Source: Gammaproteobacteria bacterium (GTDB taxonomy: Bacteria > Pseudomonadota > Gammaproteobacteria > Eutrophobiales > Eutrophobiaceae). Taken from it: DNA of 64,000 bases. A model generated the notes under the pieces. The model did no database searches, was not told the origin of the DNA, and was given only the letters and a program-made list of their open reading frames with translations. The position numbers and the translations under genes are program-made. The DNA lies in NCBI GenBank assembly GCA_011772965.1, contig WVYN01000021.1:124224-188223 (forward strand), in the 5' to 3' direction. This document shows positions 20,244 through 29,153 of the stretch, piece after piece. Numbering within the stretch: position 1 is the stretch's first letter; every line of letters begins with the position of its first letter.

Positions 20244-21053
20244 TCAGGGTTCAAAGACGGCGATCAATTCACCTACTTTAACACGATTGTCCGCGTGGCA
20301 ACTGATTGTCCGGCGAACACGAAATTGATCCATGTTGGCACCACGTTGCTGGTAGAGGTCGCTGATAGACTGGATATCATGGTTTGATATCACCACCTGT
20401 ATACCTTTCCGTGAAAGCTTGTTTGCCCACTCGGCCAGTTCTACTTGTTGTTGCCAGTTAAAGCCACCACTTGAATAATCAGTAAACCGCGCTGTTGTAT
20501 TCAAGGGCGCATAAGGCGGATCGCAATAGACTACATCGCCCTTTCGCACCTGTTTCATGGTGTCATGGAAACCAGCGTTGATGAATAATGCATTTCTTGA
20601 TTTTGTGTGGAAGAATTGCATTTCCTTTTCCGGGAAGTAAGGTTGGTCATAGCGACCAAAAGGAACGTTGAAAGTCCCTTTCTGGTTATAGCGGCAAAGG
20701 CCATTGTAACCATGACGGTTGAGATATAGGAACAGGGCTGACTTCAGCCGCCTGTTGCGGCTCAGGTTGAATTTTTTGCGCAACTGATAATACGCTTCCG
20801 ATTGATTTAATTTCCCGGAAAAATAGTTTCGGCAATAATCAATGAATGTTTGCCCTTCTTCCTGCAATTGCCGGTAGAGATTAATTAGATCAAGATTGTT
20901 GTCTGCCAGCAGATAACGCCGGTAATCGGTATTCAGGAATACTGCGGCTGATCCAACGAACGGTTCTACCAGGCGCAATCCACCGTTTAATTGTTTACCG
21001 ATGCGATCAACCTGGCGGTATTTTCCCCCGGGCCATTTCAAAAATGGTTTCAT
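20244..21053 (-). CDS. dam: DNA adenine methyltransferase Dam (GATC-specific family)
   Basis: FLKWPGGKY, EPFVG, LYLNRHGYNGLCRYN and DPPY motifs. Recalled alignment to E. coli Dam looks close along the whole length. Confidence 0.85.
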   Translation of the reverse strand: MKPFLKWPGGKYRQVDRIGKQLNGGLRLVEPFVGSAAVFLNTDYRRYLLADNNLDLINLYRQLQEEGQTFIDYCRNYFSGKLNQSEAYYQLRKKFNLSRNRRLKSALFLYLNRHGYNGLCRYNQKGTFNVPFGRYDQPYFPEKEMQFFHTKSRNALFINAGFHDTMKQVRKGDVVYCDPPYAPLNTTARFTDYSSGGFNWQQQVELAEWANKLSRKGIQVVISNHDIQSISDLYQQRGANMDQFRVRRTISCHADNRVKVGELIAVFEP

Positions 21054-21068
21054 GGTCGTGCAGTATGT

Positions 21069-21338
21069 TCAGTTTTCTCCGGGCGCAAGTGCCTTGATAC
21101 TGAGTGCATGGATCTCGGCTGGCATCATGTCTTCGACGGCCATGTACACGGCACGGTGGCGTTGTACCATGTCCAGGCCATTAAACTTTTCAGAGACAAT
21201 CGTCACCGCAAAATGACCGCCACCGGAGGCCTTTGCACCGGGATGGCCAGTATGTTGTGCGGAGTCATCCCGGATCTCGAGTTGTTCCGGAGAAAATGAT
21301 TTTTCCAGCCGGCTGCGGATTTCAGTAACGCGATCCAT
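21069..21338 (-). CDS. BolA family protein
   Basis: 89 aa with the GGGHF..V. BolA motif. Confidence 0.75.
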   Translation of the reverse strand: MDRVTEIRSRLEKSFSPEQLEIRDDSAQHTGHPGAKASGGGHFAVTIVSEKFNGLDMVQRHRAVYMAVEDMMPAEIHALSIKALAPGEN

Positions 21339-21346
21339 GGAATAAC

Positions 21347-21652
21347 TCAGGCAGTTGGAAATACTTTTTTGAAAGGCTTCACAGTAACTTCTTTATAGAC
21401 ACCGGCGGCCAGATAAGGATCGGCATCGGCCCAGGCCTGCGCAGCTTCCAGTGAATCAAACTCGGCGACGATGATACTGCCACTGAATCCCGCCGGTCCC
21501 GGATCCTCGCTGTCAATCATCGGATTTGGCCCGGCAAGCAACATCCGTCCTTCGTCCTGCAGGTCCTGCAGACGTTTGATGTGATCGGTCCGGACACTCA
21601 TGCGTTTTTCCAGGCTGTCATCGACATCTTGACCAATGATGGCATACCACAT
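21347..21652 (-). CDS. YciI-like protein
   Basis: 101 aa; YciI family pattern (RMSVRTDHI...GPNP). Confidence 0.7.
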   Translation of the reverse strand: MWYAIIGQDVDDSLEKRMSVRTDHIKRLQDLQDEGRMLLAGPNPMIDSEDPGPAGFSGSIIVAEFDSLEAAQAWADADPYLAAGVYKEVTVKPFKKVFPTA

Positions 21653-21655
21653 GTT

Positions 21656-22222
21656 CTACTCCTTCTTTTCTTCAACTTCGCTCATGAAACGTGACATATA
21701 GATTGACTGACCGATTGCAAATACGATGGTGCAACCGAGGATACCGAACAACTTGAATTTTACCCAGAAGGCCTCGGAGAAATTATAGGCCACGTATATA
21801 TTCAATAATCCCATTACCATAAAGAATATGATCCAGCTCATGTTTAACGTTGACCAGGCATGCGCCGGCAGGCTCAGAGCATGGCCCATCATCCGCTGCA
21901 CCATGGTTTTCCTGCCAATAAAGTGACTGCCCAGAAAGACCAGGGCGAACAACCAGTTGACTGCCGTGGGTTTCCACATCACGAAATGCTTGTCCTGGTA
22001 GAGCAGGGTGGCACCACCCAGTATCAAAACGACCACCAGGGTGATGATGTGCATCTTTTCAAAGCGATGTTTGATGATCCAGTAGACGCTGACCTGTATG
22101 ATACTTGCCGCTATTAAAACTGCCGTGGCGACATAAAAACCCTGCCCTTCAGCACGAGCTTCGGCAACAAAGTAGGTAATGAAAAACGCCAGTACCGGAA
22201 AGAAATCAAACAGGAATTTCAT
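21656..22222 (-). CDS. yciB: Intracellular septation protein A (YciB/IspZ)
   Basis: MKFLFDFFPVLAFFITY with five TM segments. Confidence 0.8.
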   Translation of the reverse strand: MKFLFDFFPVLAFFITYFVAEARAEGQGFYVATAVLIAASIIQVSVYWIIKHRFEKMHIITLVVVLILGGATLLYQDKHFVMWKPTAVNWLFALVFLGSHFIGRKTMVQRMMGHALSLPAHAWSTLNMSWIIFFMVMGLLNIYVAYNFSEAFWVKFKLFGILGCTIVFAIGQSIYMSRFMSEVEEKKE

Positions 22223-22280
22223 AGGATAATATAAATCGAATTTGTCTCATCATAACGAAAAAGCGACGACCACTCTATAA

Positions 22281-22904
22281 ATGGCCCAATACTTTCACAT
22301 TCACCCGAAGAGTCCCCAACATCGTTTGATCGTCCAGGCTGCGAGGATACTGGACAACGGCGGTGTCGCGGTTTATCCCACAGATTCCTGTTACGCTATT
22401 GGTTGCCATATTGGGGACAAGGCGGCGCTGGAGCGGGTGCGGCGAATACGCAGGCTGGACGAAACGCACAGTCTCACGCTGATTTGCAAGGATCTGACCG
22501 AGATCGCAACCTATGCCAGGCTCAGTAATTCAGCTTTTCGCCTGATCAAGGCACTGACACCGGGACCCTATACGTTTCTGTTACCGGCGACACGGGACGT
22601 TCCCCGCAGCCTGCAACATCGAAAACGCAAGACCATAGGCCTGCGAATACCGGACCACCCGGTCACAGCGGCACTGCTGGAAGAACTGGGTCAGCCGTTG
22701 TTGACGACCAGCTTGATACTGCCTGGCGATAATATCCCGCTCTCGGAGCCGGAAATAATCAATAAAAAGCTGGGGAAACGGGTGGACCTGGTGATAGATG
22801 CCGGGGCTGGCGGCCTTACTTCAACTTCTGTGATCGACCTGACAGATGATGTGCCCGTGATTGTTCGCCATGGCCAGGGCGATGTCTCAATGATAGGGAG
22901 TTAA
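22281..22904 (+). CDS. yciO: YciO / Sua5-YrdC family L-threonylcarbamoyladenylate synthase-like protein
   Basis: YrdC domain (AVYPTDSCYAIGC), 207 aa, divergent from yciB as in E. coli. Confidence 0.8.
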   Translation: MAQYFHIHPKSPQHRLIVQAARILDNGGVAVYPTDSCYAIGCHIGDKAALERVRRIRRLDETHSLTLICKDLTEIATYARLSNSAFRLIKALTPGPYTFLLPATRDVPRSLQHRKRKTIGLRIPDHPVTAALLEELGQPLLTTSLILPGDNIPLSEPEIINKKLGKRVDLVIDAGAGGLTSTSVIDLTDDVPVIVRHGQGDVSMIGS

Positions 22905-22962
22905 GGCCAACTGGGTTATAATTCGCGCATGCAGACATGGTTATTTTTCAGGGGGTTATTTT

Positions 22963-24174
22963 TTGAGTAGTAGCACAAACCAGCGCGTGCTGTCCGGCAT
23001 GCGACCAACCGGCCAACTCCACCTGGGTCATTATCACGGCGTCCTCAAAAACTGGCTCAATTTACAAAATGAATACGAGTGTTTCTTCTTTGTGGCTGAC
23101 TGGCACGCGCTGACCACAGAATATGAAGATCCACAAATCATCGGTGCCAGCGTCTTTGACATGGTCGTGGACTGGCTGGCCGCCGGCATCAACCCGGGTG
23201 CTGCCAAGATCTTTATTCAGTCCCGGGTTCCCGAGCACGCGGAGCTACATTTGCTGCTCTCTATGTTTACCCCGCTCAGCTGGTTAGAACGTGTCCCAAG
23301 CTATAAGGACCAGCAAGAGAAACTGAGCAACAAGGACCTCACCACCTACGGATTCCTGGGTTATCCCCTGCTGCAATCGGCTGACATTCTCATTTACAAG
23401 GCAGGAAATGTGCCGGTTGGAGAAGATCAGGTGGCCCACGTGGAATTGGCCCGCGAGGTGGCTCGCCGCTTCAATTATCTGTATGGCCGTGAGCCTGGCT
23501 TCGAGGAAAAGGCCGAGGCCGCTGCCAGAAAACTGGGCAAGAAGAATAATCGCCTTTACCATGAATTACGCCGCAGCTATCAGGAAAAGGGTGATGCCAT
23601 GGCCCTGGACAAGGCCCGGGCACTGCTGGAGTCACAGCAAAATATCTCAATCGGTGACAGCGAGCGCCTGTTTGGCTACCTCGAGGGTGGCGGCAAGATG
23701 ATTTTTCCCGAGCCCCAGGCACTGCTGACCCCGGCGTCGAAAATGCCCGGTCTGGACGGACAGAAGATGTCCAAGTCTTACAACAACACCATCAGTCTGC
23801 GTGATACCGCGCCAGCAATCGAGGAAAAAATCAAGACCATGCCGACTGACCCGGCCCGCGTTCGCCGAACGGATCCCGGTGACCCTAACAAGTGCCCGGT
23901 CTGGGGCCTGCATCAGGTTTATGGGGATGACGAACTCAGGGACTGGGTTATGAAGGGTTGTACCTCAGCCAGCATCGGCTGTCTTGAATGCAAGCAGCCT
24001 CTGATTGAGGCTATCATCAAGGAACAGGCGCCGATCCGTGAGCGTGCCCGGGAGTACGAGGCAGATTCGGATACGGTCATGGGCATTATCAGCGATGGTT
24101 GTGATGCGGCGCGGGATATCGCCAGGGAAACGATGGAAGAGGTAAGAGATGCCATGGGACTTACCTTTAAGTGA
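22963..24174 (+). CDS. trpS: Tryptophan--tRNA ligase (long form with insertion)
   Basis: HLGH(Y) class I signature, KMSKS, and a GxDQ motif; 403 aa. Confidence 0.9.
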   Translation: MSSSTNQRVLSGMRPTGQLHLGHYHGVLKNWLNLQNEYECFFFVADWHALTTEYEDPQIIGASVFDMVVDWLAAGINPGAAKIFIQSRVPEHAELHLLLSMFTPLSWLERVPSYKDQQEKLSNKDLTTYGFLGYPLLQSADILIYKAGNVPVGEDQVAHVELAREVARRFNYLYGREPGFEEKAEAAARKLGKKNNRLYHELRRSYQEKGDAMALDKARALLESQQNISIGDSERLFGYLEGGGKMIFPEPQALLTPASKMPGLDGQKMSKSYNNTISLRDTAPAIEEKIKTMPTDPARVRRTDPGDPNKCPVWGLHQVYGDDELRDWVMKGCTSASIGCLECKQPLIEAIIKEQAPIRERAREYEADSDTVMGIISDGCDAARDIARETMEEVRDAMGLTFK

Positions 24175-24227
24175 TGATGTTTTTTGTATGCCGGGTTAAG
24201 ATTGGTCCATAATCGCTCCGATTTACT

Positions 24228-25040
24228 ATGAACCAGAACGAGATCACAGATCCTGTCTCCGTCAGTCAGGCGGAAATGCCATTCGCCATTATCCAGGGAG
24301 AACCATTGACCGATTTTCCGGCTGATCTTTATATCCCGCCGGACGCTCTTGAAGTCTTTCTCGAGGCCTTCGAAGGCCCGCTGGACCTGTTGTTGTACCT
24401 AATCAAACGGCAAAACCTCGACGTCTTGGACATTCCTATCGCTGATATCACGGCGCAGTACATGAAGTATATTGATCTCATGGAAACCCTGCAGATGGAA
24501 CTGGCTGGAGAATACCTGGTGATGGCCGCAATGCTGGCCGAAATTAAGTCCCGGATGTTATTGCCGCGGCCAGTAGAAGAAGACGAAGAATACGACCCGC
24601 GTGCTGAACTCGTGCGTCGCCTGCTGGAATATGAACGATTCAAAAAGGCTTCCGAAGATCTTGATGCCTTGCCAAGACTGGAGAGGGATGTCTTCGGTAC
24701 CATTGCCGAGTTTACCCAGCGCAAGATAGTGCATGAACCACCGCAGGTCTCGCTGGATAACCTGTTGCAGGTTTTTGCCGAGGTATTGAACCGTGCCGAG
24801 TTATTTTCGCATCATCATATTACCCGCGAACCTTTGTCCGTACGAGAACGCATGAGCCTGATCCTGGATCAGGTTAACGCGGAGGATTTTATCCAGTTCA
24901 ACAAACTGTTTACGCTGGAAGAAGGACGTGCCGGTGTTATCGTGGCCTTGCTGGCCGTGCTCGAGCTATTGAAAAACTCACTCATTGAAATGGTCCAGAA
25001 TGAAATCAACGGACCTATATATGTCAAGGCAGCCGCATGA
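24228..25040 (+). CDS. scpA: Segregation and condensation protein A
   Basis: Kleisin pattern FEGPLDLLLYLI. Confidence 0.85.
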   Translation: MNQNEITDPVSVSQAEMPFAIIQGEPLTDFPADLYIPPDALEVFLEAFEGPLDLLLYLIKRQNLDVLDIPIADITAQYMKYIDLMETLQMELAGEYLVMAAMLAEIKSRMLLPRPVEEDEEYDPRAELVRRLLEYERFKKASEDLDALPRLERDVFGTIAEFTQRKIVHEPPQVSLDNLLQVFAEVLNRAELFSHHHITREPLSVRERMSLILDQVNAEDFIQFNKLFTLEEGRAGVIVALLAVLELLKNSLIEMVQNEINGPIYVKAAA

Positions 25041-25726
25041 ACGAGGATCAATTAAAAAACATCATCGAAGCCGCCCTAATGGTTTCAGATAAACCAATGA
25101 GCATTAACTGTCTTTTGGAGTTATTTCAAAAGGACGTGGAAGAGATTAAGCGTGAAGAAATCATGGCAGCTATCCAGAGACTGCAGGATGACTATCAATC
25201 CCGTGGTATTGAACTGGCAAAGGTTGCCAATGGTTACCGTATACAGTCCCGTGCCGAGTATGCCGACTGGATCAATCGACTGTTTGACGAGAAACCACCG
25301 CGATATTCACGGGCCCTGCTGGAAACACTGGCCATTATTGCTTACCGTCAACCGCTGACCCGTGCCGAAATCGAGGATATACGTGGAGTCAGTGTCAGTA
25401 CCAATATCATCAAAACCCTGCAGGAGCGCGAGTGGATCCGGGTGGTGGGTCACAAGGACTTGCCGGGCAAACCGGAGTTGCTGGCGACCACCAAGGAATT
25501 TCTTGATTATTTTAATCTGAAGACCCTGTCCGAATTACCGACACTGGCCGAGCTCAAGGAGCTGAACCAGTTGAACCCTGACCTGTTTGCTTCACTGGAT
25601 TCCACTCCTGACTTTGCCGCCGAAGGCCAGCTTGTGACTGATGTCGATGAATCAGAAGATGAGGGTGATGCCGACAATGATGGATTTCTCAATGAAGGCA
25701 AGGTCGTGCCTTTCTCCAATGCCTGA
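25037..25726 (+). CDS. scpB: Segregation and condensation protein B
   Basis: Winged helices and an acidic C-terminus; overlaps the scpA stop. Confidence 0.85.
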   Translation: MNEDQLKNIIEAALMVSDKPMSINCLLELFQKDVEEIKREEIMAAIQRLQDDYQSRGIELAKVANGYRIQSRAEYADWINRLFDEKPPRYSRALLETLAIIAYRQPLTRAEIEDIRGVSVSTNIIKTLQEREWIRVVGHKDLPGKPELLATTKEFLDYFNLKTLSELPTLAELKELNQLNPDLFASLDSTPDFAAEGQLVTDVDESEDEGDADNDGFLNEGKVVPFSNA

Positions 25727-25766
25727 ACCGGCATTATTGATCATTATCCGCAACGTCTGATTCGCT

Positions 25767-26513
25767 ATGCCCGTACCGAATCCCGAAAGGATCCAGAAGG
25801 TCCTGGCGCAGGCCGGTGTTGGTTCGCGCCGGGAGGTGGAATCTTGGATCCGGGACGGGCGCATTACAGTCAACGGCAGGAAAGCGGGGCTGGGTGAGCG
25901 GATTTCCGTAGGCGATAAGGTCCGCGTGGATGGCGAACTCCTTCACCTGACGCAATCCCGGTCGCAAAAGACACGTATCCTGGCCTATCACAAACCGGTT
26001 GGTGAAGTGTGCACCCGTAAGGATGAAAAAGGCCGGGAGACCGTGTTTGCCTCGCTCCCGCCACTCAGGCAGGGCCGCTGGATCAGCATCGGACGGCTTG
26101 ATATCAATACTTCCGGGTTGTTGTTGTTTAGCAATGATGGCGAGCTTGCCAACCGCCTGATGCATCCTGCCGGAGAGTTTATCCGCGAGTATGCCGTGCG
26201 CGTATTGGGTGAGGTTGGTAAACCGGTACTAAAAAAGCTGCAGGATGGTATTAACCTGGAGGATGGCCGGGCCCGTTTTGATAGCATTCACCATGGTGGC
26301 GGTCAAGGTGCAAACCATTGGTACCATGTGACCCTGCATCAGGGACGGAACCGGGTGGTAAGGCGCCTTTGGGAATCCCAGGGGGTTACTGTAAGCCGTC
26401 TCATCCGGATCAGGTTTGGACCATATTTGTTACCAAGAGATCTCAAACCGGGGCGCTATCGGGAACTGGATCAGATCGAGGTCAATCGTATCCTGGATGC
26501 CAGCAAGTCTTGA
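25767..26513 (+). CDS. rluB: 23S rRNA pseudouridine synthase RluB
   Basis: S4 domain (RIQKVLAQAGVGSRRE) followed by an RsuA-type catalytic domain (GRLDINTSGLLL). Confidence 0.85.
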   Translation: MPVPNPERIQKVLAQAGVGSRREVESWIRDGRITVNGRKAGLGERISVGDKVRVDGELLHLTQSRSQKTRILAYHKPVGEVCTRKDEKGRETVFASLPPLRQGRWISIGRLDINTSGLLLFSNDGELANRLMHPAGEFIREYAVRVLGEVGKPVLKKLQDGINLEDGRARFDSIHHGGGQGANHWYHVTLHQGRNRVVRRLWESQGVTVSRLIRIRFGPYLLPRDLKPGRYRELDQIEVNRILDASKS

Positions 26514-26516
26514 GGG

Positions 26517-27170
26517 ATGGTGGACGGGATGCAAAACCAACTTGAGATCGTCTATGCTCGCCTGCTCAAGGCCTATGGTCCCCAACATTGGTGGCCCGCC
26601 GATGATCCCTTTGAAGTCATGGTGGGTGCGGTCCTCACCCAGAACACGGCCTGGTTGAATGTCGAGAAGGCCATAAATAGCCTCAAGCAATCGATAGACA
26701 TTAGTGCTGAGGCAATTCTGGCCCTTGCAGACGATGAGCTCGCGGCACTTATCAGGCCCTCCGGCTATTTCAATATCAAGACGCGGCGACTCAAAAACCT
26801 GTCTCAGTGGTTCCTGGATGCGGGCGGTTTCACGGAGCTTTTAGGCCAGGATACCGGGGATCTGCGCGAGACCCTGCTATCGATCAATGGTATTGGCCCG
26901 GAAACCGCGGACGATATTCTGCTTTATGCCTTCGAGCGGCCGGTGTTTGTCATTGATCTCTATACCCGGCGACTGTTTTCCCGACTGGGTCTGGTAAGCG
27001 GTGATGAGGATTATGAGACACTTAGGCATCTGTTCGAGACCGCCATGCCTGCCAATGTCTCCATATATAATGAGTATCATGCGCTCATTGTCCGCCATGC
27101 CAAGGAGACCTGCAGTAAAATGGGAGATTGCAGGCATTGCTGGGTTGAATCGGCGGGTGCAGAATTCTGA
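26517..27170 (+). CDS. HhH-GPD base-excision repair glycosylase (endonuclease III-related)
   Basis: VLTQNTAW plus a GIGPETADDILLY HhH-GPD motif. The C-terminus has only CxxxxxCxxC (a partial FeS motif). Confidence 0.65.
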   Translation: MVDGMQNQLEIVYARLLKAYGPQHWWPADDPFEVMVGAVLTQNTAWLNVEKAINSLKQSIDISAEAILALADDELAALIRPSGYFNIKTRRLKNLSQWFLDAGGFTELLGQDTGDLRETLLSINGIGPETADDILLYAFERPVFVIDLYTRRLFSRLGLVSGDEDYETLRHLFETAMPANVSIYNEYHALIVRHAKETCSKMGDCRHCWVESAGAEF

Positions 27171-27263
27171 TACTGTCTGCTGGTAAAGGTCCCGGAATGA
27201 TTTGAATAAACGCAGTGTGGACGGTATGCTTTGCAGCCCTTGACGCGTCGGATCCTGAGCTGA

Positions 27264-28022
27264 ATGACTAACCGAAGGCCATTTGTGGCAGCCAACTGGA
27301 AAATGAACGGCAACCTTGCCTCAATCCGTCCACTACTGGCCGACATTCTGGCAGGCGTTCAGACAGGTATGAATGCTGAGGTGGTGATTTGCCCGCCTTA
27401 CATCTACATCGACGAGATTGCACTAAGGCTGGATAATACGACGATCGGGCTTGGTGCACAGAATGTTTCACACCATGACTCTGGTGCCCATACCGGGGAA
27501 GTCGCGATTGGGATGTTGCAGGACTATAACACCGGCTACGTGATCATTGGCCATTCCGAGCGACGCATGCTCTATGGTGAAACCGACGGCATAGTCGCTG
27601 AAAAATTTAAAAAGGTGGTCGATTCGGGGCTGAAACCGATCCTCTGTGTAGGCGAGACCCTGGAACAGCGGGAAGCTGATGAAACAGAGGAAGTTATTGC
27701 CCGGCAACTGGATACGGTGATTGACAATGCCGGAGTGAAGTCTTTTGCCAAGGCAGTCATTGCTTATGAGCCGGTCTGGGCCATAGGTACTGGCAGGACT
27801 GCAACACCGGATCAGGCCCAGGAGGTTCATGCGTTTATCCGGTTGCGTTTGGCCAGGCATGATGAGGAGATTGCGGATCTGCTGCGAATTGTTTATGGCG
27901 GCAGTGTCAAGGCTGATAATGCAAACGAATTATTTACGATGGCAGACATTGATGGCGGGTTGATTGGCGGCGCTTCGCTGATTGCTGAAGATTTTCTGAG
28001 TATCTGCCAGGCAGCAATATAG
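27264..28022 (+). CDS. tpiA: Triosephosphate isomerase
   Basis: ANWKMNG, AYEPVWAIGTG and GGS motifs. Confidence 0.9.
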   Translation: MTNRRPFVAANWKMNGNLASIRPLLADILAGVQTGMNAEVVICPPYIYIDEIALRLDNTTIGLGAQNVSHHDSGAHTGEVAIGMLQDYNTGYVIIGHSERRMLYGETDGIVAEKFKKVVDSGLKPILCVGETLEQREADETEEVIARQLDTVIDNAGVKSFAKAVIAYEPVWAIGTGRTATPDQAQEVHAFIRLRLARHDEEIADLLRIVYGGSVKADNANELFTMADIDGGLIGGASLIAEDFLSICQAAI

Positions 28023-28030
28023 GAAACACT

Positions 28031-28408
28031 ATGGATACAATTAATACACTTCTTCTCGTATTACAGGTGATCATTGCGGTCGCCTTGATAGGTATTGTTC
28101 TGATACAGCATGGTAAAGGCGCTGATGCTGGCGCTGCATTTGGCAGTGGCGCATCATCCACTGTCTTCGGTAGTGGTGGTTCCGGCGGTTTTCTTTCCAA
28201 GGCCACGGCATTCCTCGCGGTATTATTTCTGGCGAACAGCCTGTTGCTGGCTTATCTGGCACGCGACCGCGCCAAGGCGCCTGAGAGCCTGTTGAGTGAT
28301 GAACCGGTTGTCATTGAAGAAATTATTGATTTACCAAAAGAACAGCCTGTGCAGGATTCAGCAAGCCCCGGTGTAACTTTGGATTTGCCTGAAGTACCTG
28401 AAGAATGA
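28031..28408 (+). CDS. secG: Preprotein translocase subunit SecG
   Basis: LIQHGKGADAGAAFGSGASSTVFGSGGS; tRNA-Leu follows as in E. coli secG-leuU. Confidence 0.9.
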   Translation: MDTINTLLLVLQVIIAVALIGIVLIQHGKGADAGAAFGSGASSTVFGSGGSGGFLSKATAFLAVLFLANSLLLAYLARDRAKAPESLLSDEPVVIEEIIDLPKEQPVQDSASPGVTLDLPEVPEE

Positions 28409-28444
28409 TTCCAGCCGCAATCACCAATTGTATGATTGCATGTT

Positions 28445-28531
28445 GCCGATGTGGTGGAATTGGTAGACACGCTATCTTGAGGGGGTAGTGGGTGAAAACC
28501 CGTGGGAGTTCGAGTCTCCCCATCGGCACCA
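28445..28531 (+). tRNA. leuU: tRNA-Leu (anticodon GAG), type II with long variable arm, encoded CCA
   Basis: GCCGATG acceptor, GGTAGA D-loop, anticodon loop CTTGAGG, TTCGAGTC T-arm, 3' CACCA. Recalled E. coli leuU looks near-identical. Confidence 0.85.
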
Positions 28532-28541
28532 TTATGTTTAT

Positions 28542-28566
28542 CCAAGCAACTCCTTGGTATTTTCAG
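28542..28566 (+). terminator. Weak hairpin (CCAAG-CAACTC-CTTGG) plus T-rich tract downstream of tRNA-Leu
   Basis: 5-bp stem followed by TATTTTCAGTATT. Confidence 0.3.
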
Positions 28567-28752
28567 TATTAATCATATAATCTTGTAAGGATTAGTTAAC
28601 GGGATATCTGGCAATTCTGATTTCTTGCTTTCAATTGGAGAGAGGATGATCTTTCCGGATAATTTTTCACAGAGTTCTCTATTTTTCTTATTGCTGATGT
28701 TCTTTTAATGTTATTTCAACAGAGCAACATCAAGAAACGGAGAAATATAATT

Positions 28753-29127
28753 ATGACTTCAGAAAAAAAACAGTTTGCTTGTTCGATCTTTATTTTTATA
28801 TTCATATTCGGTTCCAGCCCGGCATTTGCTGTATGGAACTGGCTGGATAAAGCCCCGGCCAGCAAGTTTAATGAGAAAGACTGGAATATGCTCAAATCTA
28901 CTACTAACGAACTCCTGGATAATGGCGCCGATGGGGATATGCGCGAATGGAGTAATGAGGAGAGCGGTAATTCCGGGAAAATAAAAGTTTTCAGCTCCAG
29001 TGAGAGCGAAGGAAAAAGATGCCGAAAGGTCGCCTTTCTTAATGTTGCCGGTAATTACGGGCTCTCTGGCAGGTCAGTGCAAAGAATGTGCAAGCAACCG
29101 GACGGTAAATGGAAAGTTGAGCCCTGA
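28753..29127 (+). CDS. Small secreted protein with two Cys (hypothetical)
   Basis: GGAG RBS; signal peptide MTSEKKQFACSIFIFIFIFGSSPAFA; AT-rich coding sequence; no recognisable family. Confidence 0.45.
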   Translation: MTSEKKQFACSIFIFIFIFGSSPAFAVWNWLDKAPASKFNEKDWNMLKSTTNELLDNGADGDMREWSNEESGNSGKIKVFSSSESEGKRCRKVAFLNVAGNYGLSGRSVQRMCKQPDGKWKVEP

Positions 29128-29153
29128 AATTTAAATATTCAGTTTAGTCGATG

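Noticed and set aside
28790-28815. Apparent short tandem repeat (tttatatttcatattc)
   Set aside because: It simply encodes the IFIFIFIF hydrophobic core of a signal peptide.
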